Source: Enoplolaimus lenunculus
Taxonomy: Eukaryota
Assembly: GCA_030248215.1 (NCBI GenBank)
Contig: JASANG010000727.1
Coordinates: 248,001-312,000, forward strand
Reading direction: 5' to 3'
DNA: 64,000 nucleotides
A program made the translations under genes and the position numbers. This document shows positions 11,501-24,000 of the stretch, one piece after another (position 1 is the first letter of the stretch; each line of letters opens with the position of its first letter). Under the pieces are notes generated by a model, which did no database searches, was not told the DNA's origin, and was given only the letters and a program-made list of their open reading frames with translations.

Positions 11501-14108
11501 AGCTCAAAAATATCAAGTTACTGAAACGGGCCCGTAGCCACGGGGGGCCAGGGGGGCTCTGCCTTCACCCCCTTCGAAAAATTTTGGTCCTCCCTGGAGA
11601 ATTTTCGACATTGCATGTAACTCACTGAAAATACTTGAATGGCCTCCTGAAAAATTTTTAAAACCCCCTAGCAAGGTGAGCTGGCTACTAAAAAATCAAA
11701 TTTGGATGTACAATGACCAGGGGATGTTACAATAAGCTCAAAGAGTACGTAAGCGGATAGAGTCCCTGAACCCGAATTTGAGTACGTAGATGTCAATTGT
11801 CCGTAATCGCAGTGCATAAATGACTCCAAGACCAAATAACTTGATTCGAAACTTTAAAGCATACATAACATTTAAAATACATTCCTAAGTATATATAACC
11901 TTGCATTGTCGCTCAAGCTTTAGATACAAGACAAATAAACGTTTAATTCAACAGATAATTGCAGTACCGGATACGCATCAGCAACTAGTGTGGCGGACCC
12001 AGGGTTAAAAATGAATAACAGTCCGTAACAGGGGTACCCTATAAATATCAGTCCCCTCCTTTTTCGGGTCACTACAGTACTTGTTTAAATTTTCAATGAA
12101 AGACAGTTTACATGAATATTTTAGTTTCCCTATTAAAAAGGTACCGAAACGACTCACAGAATCTGTACAAATATTACTTTAATTAAATTGCAACGAAATC
12201 ATTTTACTACTAAATTTGTTTTGCAATAAATTTTCACTTGCAAAATGTATCTTTTTCGTTAATATTTTTATTTATTAAAAGAAAAATTTAAAAATTGTTT
12301 TTGCATTTTGCAATATAAAAAACGCAAAAATCGTACAAACAAAAAGATTAAAAATCAATTGTGCCGAACCCTGCAATACAGTCTCACGGATATAAGGCGA
12401 AAACGTAGGGTATACCTCCGTTTATATAAAGATCGACACTAAAAATAACAAAATTTAGTTCTAAAATTGTGTCTGGTTTCTCATTCGCTTGGCTCGCGGC
12501 CGATGGTCAGTCTATTATACACCGACCGACCCCGCCTGCCGTCATAATAATTTCTGGGTTGCTATACTGACAATACTGTTGATTTATTTCCAAGTATTTA
12601 AAATTTACCAGTCTGATTAAGTTATAATAAACATTTTAATTAATTTTTTTACAAATCACACTTGCTTCATAGCGCAAAAAAATCAAATAGTTTCGTAAGG
12701 TGTAAATCTAAATTAAACTCTAAACAGTCGTTTCACGCAGTTTAGATATATGATTTACTAAAAAATCTAAAAACAATTTAAAATATTTATATTGATCTCA
12801 TAGAATTTATTGTATTTCTAGACGAGTTTTTTTGACTGCAAAGACAATCGTCAACTTTATACCGACGTTTCAAAGTTTTATTCAGCGGGTAGGCTCCATA
12901 GTTTCCAACAGGTGCTAAATTTTGGCCGGAACAAGAACAGGAACACGAATTGATTTTTGTTTGCAGAAACCGGAACACGGACAGGAACCAGAATTTGAAA
13001 TAATTTTCATTCGAATTAATACGGTTGTACGTTTTAGAAACGTGAAAACAGATTGAAACGAATGAACGGATATTTCATCATCAAGTTTTTTGAAGACACG
13101 CCAGAAACAATTTATTAACAAAATTGAAGTAGGGAAAACACTCATGTCGAAATAATAATTTTTTAAAGACAAAGTTTCCAATGTTTAAATGGTTAGACAT
13201 AATTTGACATAAAACCGTAAAAATTCCGGTTCCTGCATCTTTGAATGCAGAGGAACAGGAACAGGAATTGAATTTTTGCAGGAATTCCGGTTGAACCCTA
13301 GTGGGCTCAATTACAGACTGTACACTCTTTTGGTTCCGTTATTGCCCAATTAACAGCGTGCCGGGTGATGCAATATTTCAAATTTTTTCCTAATTATAAG
13401 CAAAGTGCGTGAAAATCTCCCACATACATAGAAATAGGTTTCATTAGCGATATCCGAAAGCACAAACAGATTTAAATTTTATTATTAAATGTATATTTAA
13501 CCGAAGTTTAGTTGAAACACAGACGAGAGTCGCTGTGCCGGGATTTAACCTTTTGATTGTAACATCAGGCCATGGTTACTTTATAAGGGGCTCCAGTTTT
13601 CTGGTGGGTCCATAAAATAGTAGGTTTAGATTCTAGATTACATTCTTTGCTTAGGCTTAGGCTTAGGATTAGGTTCATTCCTACGCTTAGGCTTAAGCTT
13701 AGACTCAGGCTTAGAAATATGCTTATAATACTGTTCCGCCTCTGTTCTTTACATTGGCCCTTATATGGGGACAATACGATGCTACAGATTACTTGTTTTA
13801 CCCACTTCCACCATTCAAGCCAAGTAAACCATAATTTGGAATAAATGTGTTCTCTGTTCTTCATCAGAAGTATATGAGAGCCAGCTCCTATAACTGGATG
13901 GTGATGGAAAACATTCCCCATCCCTACTGCGATTGTTTGAATGCTGTCTTGAAACGTAAAACTGAATATTCATGTGATAAAGGTTAATAAAATGGTTGAA
14001 ACAAATCAAAAATGTACAGTACCTGTTACCAGTTAGCGGCAGATTGACAAATTGAAGAGCTCCTACAACAACAGGTGCTAAGCACACTTAAGAATACGGG
14101 TTCATGGG

Positions 14109-14959
14109 CAGGGTGCAACCGGATATATAAAATACCGGAACCGGAAAGTTAAAAATATACCGTAACCGGAAAATAAATACTTGTTACTAAAAATTCATTT
14201 TTAACGCTATTTTATCGCTTTTAATGCTGTAAGCACTCCAGTTAGAATGCTAAATTCCTGAAACAGATGCAGTATACACTGTATTGACCCGAATAAGAGG
14301 GAGGGGACTGATATTTATTTGGCTTCTCCAGAGGGTACCCTCCCCCTTGTTATTCGGTTACGGACTGCTATTTATTTTTAACCCACGCTCCGCCGCCCTT
14401 CGTTACTGATATATGTCCGTTACTGCAAGTATCCGTTGAATTAAACGTTTATTTGTCTTCTGTCAATAGCTTGAGCGATAATGCAAGGTTATACTTAGGA
14501 ATGTACTTTCAAAATTTAAGTACGCTTTAAAATTTCGAACTCAAATTATTTTGGTCCTGGAGTCATTTATGTGCTACAATTAGGTTTAATTGACATTTAT
14601 GGACTCTAATTAGGGTTTAGGGACTCTATCCGCGTACGGACTCTTATTAGGGATACGGACTCCTATTGATTCGGACCCAAATTGGGGACCCCCTCTTATT
14701 ACCCCCCCCCCCTTATTCGAGTGAATACAGTACGTGAAGACAATATAAATTATGTTGTATGACACAAATTGAAATTTTTGGCAATACAAGCACAGATAAT
14801 TTTAGATGCCAATTTTTATTAAATTTTCGAATGAGAAAAATTTTCAATACCGAAAATACCGGAAAATTCCCGGTGAAAACATACCGGATTTATTACAGGA
14901 ACCGGATAGTAAAAAATACCGGATTTCCCTATCGGAACCGGAATTCCGGTTGCACCCTG
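14109..14959. mobile_element. hAT-like MITE (CAGGGTGCAACCGGA TIR) with a nested Tc2-like MITE at 14279-14730
   Basis: TIRs CAGGGTGCAACCGGA / TCCGGTTGCACCCTG; 8-bp flanks TTCATGGG/GTCATGGG. Uninterrupted relative at 62950-63317. Confidence 0.85.
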
Positions 14960-15045
14960 GTCATGGGCTAAGGCATGAATTTTGAGACCAGTAAGCTGTT
15001 TCAATGCATTTTACATAAGTACACTGTGTCTGATACGTCACAAGC

Positions 15046-18000
15046 ATGTTTACTAAACTAGTATTTGTAATTACATTAGCAATTCACGGTCGATTCCTCT
15101 TTGCCGTACCGGTTGATAACGGCCTCAAAGGTGATCCTGAAGTGCAATGTGGTGCCGCCGACCTATCAGTTACCATACAAACACAAAATCCATTCGAGGG
15201 TCATGTTTACGTTAAAGGTTTATATTCGGACGAGGTAAAGTTAATCTTGAATTTTTGTACTAAAAATACCCGACAATTTCCAAGCTCAAAATTACAGAGG
15301 GAGCTTGCATCGAAAACAGCCGTCAATTTGGAATATTAGAAATATCCGAAGACCAGGAAAAAGTAACTTTTAAAGGCTAAACCTGCAGAGATAAAAGATT
15401 CACTCAACACACTTTTAGGCACAGTTATCACCTCCCAAAAAGAAATTCTCGCAATTCTCTATTTGAAATTTGAATTATCGCTGACAAGAACGTTTAAATA
15501 TAATTCCTTGAGCCCCATAACATTTTAGGCCCGTGTTACTTTAAAGGGGCGTTCAGGTTTCTGCTGGGTCAATAAAAAGCTAGGTTTAGATTTTGATTTC
15601 ATTTTTTTTGCTCAGGCTTAGGCTTAGGATTAGGAACACATTCTTGCAACGCTTAGGCATAGGCTTTGGCTTAGGAATACACTTAATCTACTGTTTGCGC
15701 CCCTAAAAGTAACATTGGCCACATTTTACAACCATCGTGAATTCGAATCTTTTCTTCCATTTATTATATTTGTATCTGTTAAATATTAATACTAAATACC
15801 AATGACTACGCCAATATTTTTTAGGTCCGTAACTGTAGATTAAGCATATTCCTAAGCCTTTGTCTAAAAGACTAAGCATTGAAAAAAGTATAAAACTGTA
15901 CACCTAAGCCAGTGAAGCAAAAAAGTATAACCTAAAATCGTATTTTGCAGATCCACGAGAAAATGTGCCGACCCTAAAGGTAAAACACGGGTCACAAATC
16001 ACCCAATGAACCCACCGTATTAATACCGGATTTGTTAAAAGTTTTGTTTATGAGACAGGTTTTAAAAAAATTTAATTTTAAATTTCATGCTTGTCGAACA
16101 TCCGCGACAACTACAATAACACTGCCATTTGACGGTTGCAACGTGCGGCGAACACGCAGTCTTGAACCGGCTGGTGTTACCATATCCGTGGTGCTGATTG
16201 TTCAGTTTCATCCATTATTCGTCACAAAAGTAAGCTTCAGCGCTTAAGTTCATAGAGTTTTATATTGCAAAAACACATGTACGCTTGTGTATCGTGCGAA
16301 GTTTTAGTTTAATGGTGACATTCTGTTACCTGTTTCTTGCACAGCTTTAAGCCAATAATGCCGCCATGGCGGCCCCTAGTGAAACTCTATACGAAAGCCT
16401 TGTTGAAGCATGGAAGCAAGGCCCGAGATCCTACATTACATGGTAAACACAATATTTGTTAGGTAAAATCTAAAATTTAGTAACTGAATTGCGCGATAAC
16501 TTTATAAGGTTACAAAAACTTTCTTTATTGCTGGAACAGTTTATTATAATTGACAACAACATAGTTTGACTTTTTCTATTAAAACACGTTCGTTACTACG
16601 CACTGGTAGGTAATTAGAAGGCATTTTTAATGCACTGTTGTAAAGTCTTGGCTGCATACAAAATTTAAATTTCAAGCTCGCACAGACAGCAACGAGATAA
16701 TTTACCCACCGGTGGATTACGTAGGGTAGTCATGAAAAAAGCATTTAGTTCATAACCCACCGGCCGGTAATGCTGGCCTGTAAGAGCAGACATAAAAAAT
16801 TCTTAATGTAAACATTGTTAAGTAGCCAAATGTAATATTAAAAACAACAGAAACAACAGATACTAGTCCAACGGTTTTGCGTAATGCGCAAAAGTTAACG
16901 AATGCACAACTATCTTCACGCAGATTTTCTTTTTAAAGAACAATCATGTTTATGTTTTTAGAATTCGTTGTAAGCAAAGTAATGCTGGAAAGTTGCCCAA
17001 AATACGTATGTAGGGCGTTCGTACTTTAATATATAGATATGCAAAAATTAACATGTTACGGATTTAGTGTTAGCATGCTATCGTACATTATTCGTTTACC
17101 AAATGAGTGATGGCAGACACATAAAATGCCTATCAGTGCAGTCTTCGCAATAAGTGCACACTTTCTTGCACTGCTAAAACATGTCATTGCGCTTGGCATC
17201 GGGGTTATCGTTTACGACTTTTTAGTAGCAAATGGTACAATGTCGGCGCACGTCTCTCGCTTTACCTTCTTTTTTACCCGATTTGCGGCCTTGGATGACC
17301 TGAAACGACTTTTCAAAGGAGAGTTGCGACTGTTCCTCCACGCAATCATGGAAACAAACGGTCTTTTGGCGTGAAGCTTTTTGGCTCCACCTGATTTTGG
17401 CTTTAAACGCTTTTTCCGTCAAGAAACCACGAATGAGGATTTCCCGAAATTCTAGCGTTGCAAAACGCTGGAACGCGGCCGATTCGCGTTGTAGATAATC
17501 TCCTCGCTGTTGACTACAGCAGTTTTACATATAAGGAACTATAGTAGATTTCTGTACCTCTTCAGTGATTTCCTCACATGGCTGTTTCTATTCTGTTTTC
17601 CACTAGCGGCCGTGATATCATCGCGGTCGGGAACACGAAGTAAGCATCAACAAATCACGCTTATCGTACCATTTGATGATTTCGATAGTACCACCATACG
17701 TTTCAGGGTTTGTAATTAATGAAACACAATGTTGCTTGCCCACGACTTGACTTTTTTCAGTCTACGCTGAACAACTGACGGTGGATTTTCATTCGATTAG
17801 GTCGCAGTGTCAGTCCCGCAAATATAAGTGTCTTGAGCGAGAAAGTCGCGCGTAACGGCTATAGTTGAATAGAAATTATACACAAAGTGTGTATGACCCT
17901 CATCCAGCAGCTCTTACGCAAACTCTACTCTCTAAAAGCTCAAACTAACATGAATTAAGCTTAAGCTAATCCACCCAGTATTAAACTAACTTTTTAGATG

Positions 18001-21000
18001 AACTAAACTAACAGGTAGGTTTACGCTTAAACTCATCTAAAATGTTACATATTTTCGGTTTAAGCTAAACTTATTGAACTCTTAGATACACGGCTGCACG
18101 TGTTACTTAATCTAAAAATAAGTTTACTTAATCTCATGTTAAACTTAAAACACGTTAGTTTAGTAAAACTTAAAATTCTAGTTTAGTTACTCCGTCCAAC
18201 CATTTAAGTTTTACTTTACTGATATTCAAGTTTAGTTAAACTATAATTTAAGTTTAAGTTTTTAGAGAGTACGCGAACGGATCGTGCGTGGCCGGAATGT
18301 TTCGGCACCCCAATATCCTTCCCGTGGTAGACCTTCAAGTTCCACGTGTATCCGTCGTTTGCAGCTCTGTTTGTAAAATTTTGCCCCATACTTATGGCTT
18401 TTTCTGGTATATACTGATGAAAACCCAGGCGGCCTCTCTATGCCATCACTGATTCGTCGATTCCAAAATTTTGTCCTGGCCTAAATGTTTCCTGAAATTT
18501 TTGACAAGCAAGTTCGCAAGATTTTGAATCTTACTAATTTGTGTAGTGCCGGCTTCATTATTAGCCAAATGTAGAAAGCGTAAAATGTTCTCAAATTTAA
18601 CTAGAGGCATTACGTTTGGCGAGTAAGAACTGTTATACAGAATGCTTGTTGACCAATATTTATTCATATATCCAAAATGTGCAAGATCCATATACAATAG
18701 ACAACCACAAATTGCTTCCAACAATCAATCGGAAAGATAGCGCCGTTGATCCCGGTCCCCTGAAAGAAAAAAGATCGGTTGCACATAAACATTACTTGCA
18801 TATGCTAATTGAGCGTATGCTAGAATATAATATTAAATAATAGAAATAGAGCAAAAGATGTTTGGAAATATGCTAATAAGTATTCTAAGTTTGAAATTTG
18901 AAAAATGTGAATGTAGTAGGTAAAATCATGGGCTTTACTTTCATGTACAGAAGTAATCCCTGTTGTCTGAAAAAATTGTGGCGATTCCTTGTTCGGCTCG
19001 ACAACAATCCAAGTCAAATCTTGCGCTGGCGGTGCTAGTAACGACACAGCATCGAGATCGTTGATGTCATTGAAACTTGAAAGGTTCTCGACATCACTGT
19101 CTGAAGAGCTGCCTGATCCATCGTTTATATTGTTTTCTGCGTCCATGTCCGAATCTTCTGGATCCCTTTCGTCAAGAATAGGATTGCCATGGAATATTAT
19201 CGCGAAACCACTTGTCCATTTTCTGCCGGCTTCGCCAAGCGTGGATCGATGCTAGGTGGAATATCGACATTACTTGTATATGATACGTTGTATGAACGTA
19301 TGCTAGACTATAATATCAAATGTTAGAAATAGAGCAACAGATATATGTTAGAAATAGAGCAACAGATATATAGAAATACGCTAATAAGAATTCTAAATGT
19401 AAAATTTGGAAAATGTGAGCATAATTTTAAATTATGAGGTTTCCTTTATGTCCAGAAGTAATCCCTGTTGTCCGAAAAATTGTGATGATTCCTGTTCCGC
19501 TCGACAACAACCCAAGTCGAATCGTGCCCTGGTGGTGCTAGTAACGACGCTGAATCGAATTCTTTAGGTCATATGGACATGAAAGGCGTTCCACATCACT
19601 GTCCGAAGAGCTGGTGTTTTATACATCGTTTATATCGTATTCAGGGTGCATGTCCGAATCTTCTGGGTCGGTTTCCTCAAGAGTAATATCGTCATGAAAT
19701 ATTTCGCTCATTTTTATAATACTGAATAGCAATGTCAACAATATGGTTAAAATATTCAAAAAATAAGTACAAAAAATAACATAAGTTACACTTTTTAGTT
19801 CATTTGTATTGTCGTCATCAGATTGTGTTGCCCACCGGTGGGTAACCGAAAATCGGTAACATGGTGGGTTATGCGTCATCCACGTTATACTGTTTAAGCT
19901 ACTGTAAAAAAGGTCCACACACTTGGCTGCACTGTTGGTGCAAAATAATATTGTTCATATGATATTAGGAGTCACAGTGAGTATACTAACTAAGTATGTT
20001 TTGGTTTTAGTCCGTCGGAGAGAATAGGAACAATATGGACACTGTTTAGACATAGTCTTTGACAGTAACAGCTCCTTTGGACAGACTCTGTATAATCGCT
20101 TATCGAATCTACAGCAAGTCGTAGGCAGCAGTTTGTCGATCGACATTTCGTCGCCCAACATCTTGTTAACCCCGACAACTTCGTCGACCCCAACAACTTG
20201 TCGACCCCGACAGCTTGTTGCCCCGACAGCTTGTCGTCCCGATAACTCCTCGACCCCGACAACTCGTCGACCCCGATGTAAGCACGAGAGACATGCTTGT
20301 CCTGGTACATATGCAATATATATATGCAATGCACATTGTGTAGTTTTAGTTCAAAGGTCTGAAGTCCCGGTTCCTACCTAGACTGACATGGGGGCAACTC
20401 CGTAGACGCAAGGGCAAGTTTCCGCGCTACTAACACGGTATCCAGTCGAAAATAGGGTGGACGGTCAAGGGACAACATTGTTAAAAATTGGTATGTAAGC
20501 ATGTGAGATATGCTTGTCCTGGGGCAAATGCAACATATATGCAGTGCACATTGTGTAGTATCAGAGGTGGATCCAAAAATTTGTGACGGAGGGCGGGCTG
20601 GCAAATGTTATGAAACGCAAAAATTGTAAGATAGTACCTTATTATTTTATCACCAAAGAATTTTCTGAGGGCGAAAACCTGTAAGGTAGGGAGGGACCTT
20701 ACCAGTTTATCATAAAAATTTCTGCGGGAAAAATTGTAAAAAATTGTAAGGTTGCATGCCGGCAGCATACGGTCGACATATAGTCGATGATAGAAGCAGT
20801 TGGACAGTCGAGCTAAGTGGCGCAGTAAAAAACAGCGTCTGCCGGACACGCAGAAGGTCGATAATTCGAAATCACCCGTAACGTGCTTTTCCAACTATTT
20901 AGTTTAAAGGTCTGATGTCCCGGTTCCTACCTAGACTGACACTCGACAGCTTGTGGCCCGGATAATTGGGCGAGTCGACGAGTTGTCGTACCTACCAGCA

Positions 21001-24000
21001 GAAGATAAGTTGTCAAATCGCCGAGTTGTCTGGGCGACAACTTGTTGAGGTCGACGAGTTGTCGGGCGACAAGTACACGGGGCGATACGTTGTCGTGCTC
21101 AACATGTTGCCGGGGTTAACAAGATGTTGGGCGGCGAAATGTCGATTGACATGCTATCGGGCGACGAATTGTCGTTGATTCATTTAGCGATTATACAGAG
21201 TCTGTCCAAAGGAGCTGTTATTGCCAGACAGGGAAAATTTTATTAATTATAATATTTCAGGTTGATCGCGCAATCAAATTTGAATGCTTCTACATGGAAG
21301 CAGACAAAACTGTCAGTCAAGATTTAGAAGTTTCTCCGTTGACTACTCAATTTCAAACTGCTACACTGCCAATGCCCACCTGTCGATATGATGTATTAGA
21401 TGCACCAGGAGGATCACCTGTAAAGTAAGAACCCGTTCGTGGTTATGTTAGAGAAACATTGTTTTGTTTTACTTTAAGCTCAGCACCTGAATACGGTTAC
21501 GGACTCAGCTCCCCGTAGAATAACTTTGCCCCACCTAGAAATCGGTTCAATCTCGCTTGTAAGTGATATGCAATCGTTATATGCCCTTTGTAAAAACTTT
21601 TTAGAAATAAACTCTGGGTATAAACTAAGAGGCTCGGATCTTACCTTGAAATTACGTCTCACTTGAAATAATAGTAAAACGCTGACACCACGCGGAAGAT
21701 CATTCACGCCGCTCCTAGCATATTTGCAGGCCGGCACAATGACAACCGGAAGTAAAGTTTTTAGTAAACTAAACAATATATTTTGCGGAAAAAATGTGAA
21801 ATAATAATTGTATCAACAAGACAAATTGAACCAAACTTTATTTCAGCTAAACACGAAGGATCGGCCGGCGAGCAGTCAATTAGCACTGATAAAGCTAAAA
21901 CACTGCGACATCAAATATTTAATATTTCAAATCTTATTTAAATTTCGATTCTAAAACTTTTAACTGAAATCTGAAATGTTGTCTGCTGTTATCATTATGG
22001 TAAATGTTACGATTGCATCACTGAAATGTTGTCTGCTGTTATCATTATGGTAAATGTTACGATTGAATCACTAGTAGAAACGATTTTGGTTGCAGTTGTA
22101 TTCTAGTCAGCTCGTGTAGCGATATAAAGGGCTCTGGATGACGTATATGATGTGGGGTTTATTGTTTTTAAAAATATAGTGAAATCCTTCACTTGAGTAA
22201 GTACCTATATATAAATATTTTTTGACAATAAGAGTGTAATCGTATTAAATCGTCTCAGATTTTCTTACCGTTCAAGGATGATTTCGAAAAACAAAAATTT
22301 TTTAGGTAGGCTCAACATAAATGAAGTTGGGCACAGCATATTTAACTAAAGTTCTAAGCCCAAACGGGTACCCTGCGAGTTCAAGGAACCATAAGCACGA
22401 TGACAACTGCCACCCCAAGCTCCATATACTAAGCGATTCTCACAAAAGCGCAAAAATAGTTATAGACTTTAGTACAAATTTTAACCATTCCAAAAAGAAA
22501 TAAAATCAGAAACGGGGGCAGTTGACACCTTAACCACCCAGGCTGCGCCCCTGTGTATTCTGTATAATTTTACGGAAGCGCGTATTTTGATCGCTCGTTT
22601 GTCTAAGATGCACTACTAGTTGTTGTCAAGGGACAGCGCGACGCCCTTAGCATAACATTGGTCAATATTTTGGTGAAATATTTCGTTAGTAGTGTAAAAA
22701 GGCGGGTTTTGCCCCATATCCCCCTCCCCCTCCTCCTCAGAGGAGGGGCAGGGGTAGCACACAACTCCCACATCTCCCCCTCCTCATCCGCCTCCTCACA
22801 GGGGTAGGTGGAGGTGTTATGCAGAGGGAGTTTGCGTACATCTCCCCCTCCTCCTCTCCCACAAGTGGAGGAGGAGGGGGATAGATATGTTTGCAACTGT
22901 TACCCAGCTTGCTTTATATAGCTAATCACACACAAATGTCAGATTTATACTTTATGGAGTTTCTTTTGGTCCGAATCCCTTGCGGTTATAATACCGCGTG
23001 GTTGGTGATCGTTCTGCTTCTTGCTGTTGCAAACGAGGGCTACGCCTCAGCTTTGTCGTTGCTGGGGCCTTTTGTGGGGTTTGAGTTATTCAATTATTTA
23101 TTATGCACGTCTTGTCCCCGAATTTGTTTGGGTTGTTTTTTGGTTCAATATTTAGGGCTATGACCCGGCAAACAAAATTAACTCAACTTTTTGCGGTATG
23201 CTTTTCGTTTTTGTTTTAGATTTTCAAATTTTATCCCAATTTTGCGAAAGTTTTTTAAAAAGTTATCTTCTGATTGATTTGTCACAGAAAGACGCGCTAT
23301 TATTATTATTAAAATTATGATTATTATGCGCCGTTCACAATAATTTTGTCAACGGTGCCACAAAATATGCCATAGCCCAAGGCTATCACGAGGTCATTTT
23401 CAAAATGACCTCGTGATAGCCTTGGGCTATAAGCGAAATCGCTTATAGCTCAGGGCTATCACGTGTCAGCCCCGTCCTCGAAACTCGTGATAGCCCTGAG
23501 CTATCGCAAAATTTCCTCTTCTATATATATTTATATTCATAACACACATATGTTTATGTGTGTTATGAAACGTGATACCAGCAAATTCAATTTTAAAATT
23601 TTAATCCTCTGCTCTGCACGATAGCTCAGTGCTATGAGGAGTTTTGTGGCAAACCTTAAATTTTGAAACACGGAGTGGACTTGGAAAAATTTCCACGCTT
23701 TACAGACTGAAAAATTTTTAGGCGTAGGGTGTCTAGAAATATTTTGAACAAAGTGGAAAAAATTTTCAGGCGTAAGGGTGTCTAGAAATATTTTCAGGCG
23801 TTTTATGGAGTGTCTACAAAATTTGCTGAAAGTCGTGCACTGCTCTTTATACATGGGCCTTTTATTTTCAGAACGCGTGATCCAAATCAGTTGTGGGCGA
23901 CTGACACGCAGTTGGCTCCCTCTTTCATATGCAGTTTCATATCTTTAGCAGTAAAACTAGCTGACCGGCCAACTGACCTAGCAGTAAAGGGTAAATGGAC

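Noticed and set aside
16341..19897. Intact piggyBac ends (TTAA at ~16347 and ~19894)
   Set aside because: The sequences inside these TTAA sites are not inverted repeats of each other. Only sub-terminal CCCACCGG motifs (~16724, ~19831) match, so the element boundaries are left undefined.
19955..21178. Cluster of 70-137-aa ORFs on both strands
   Set aside because: They arise from the GTCGAC-rich foldback element and the TRIM-like insertion, and show no protein motifs.
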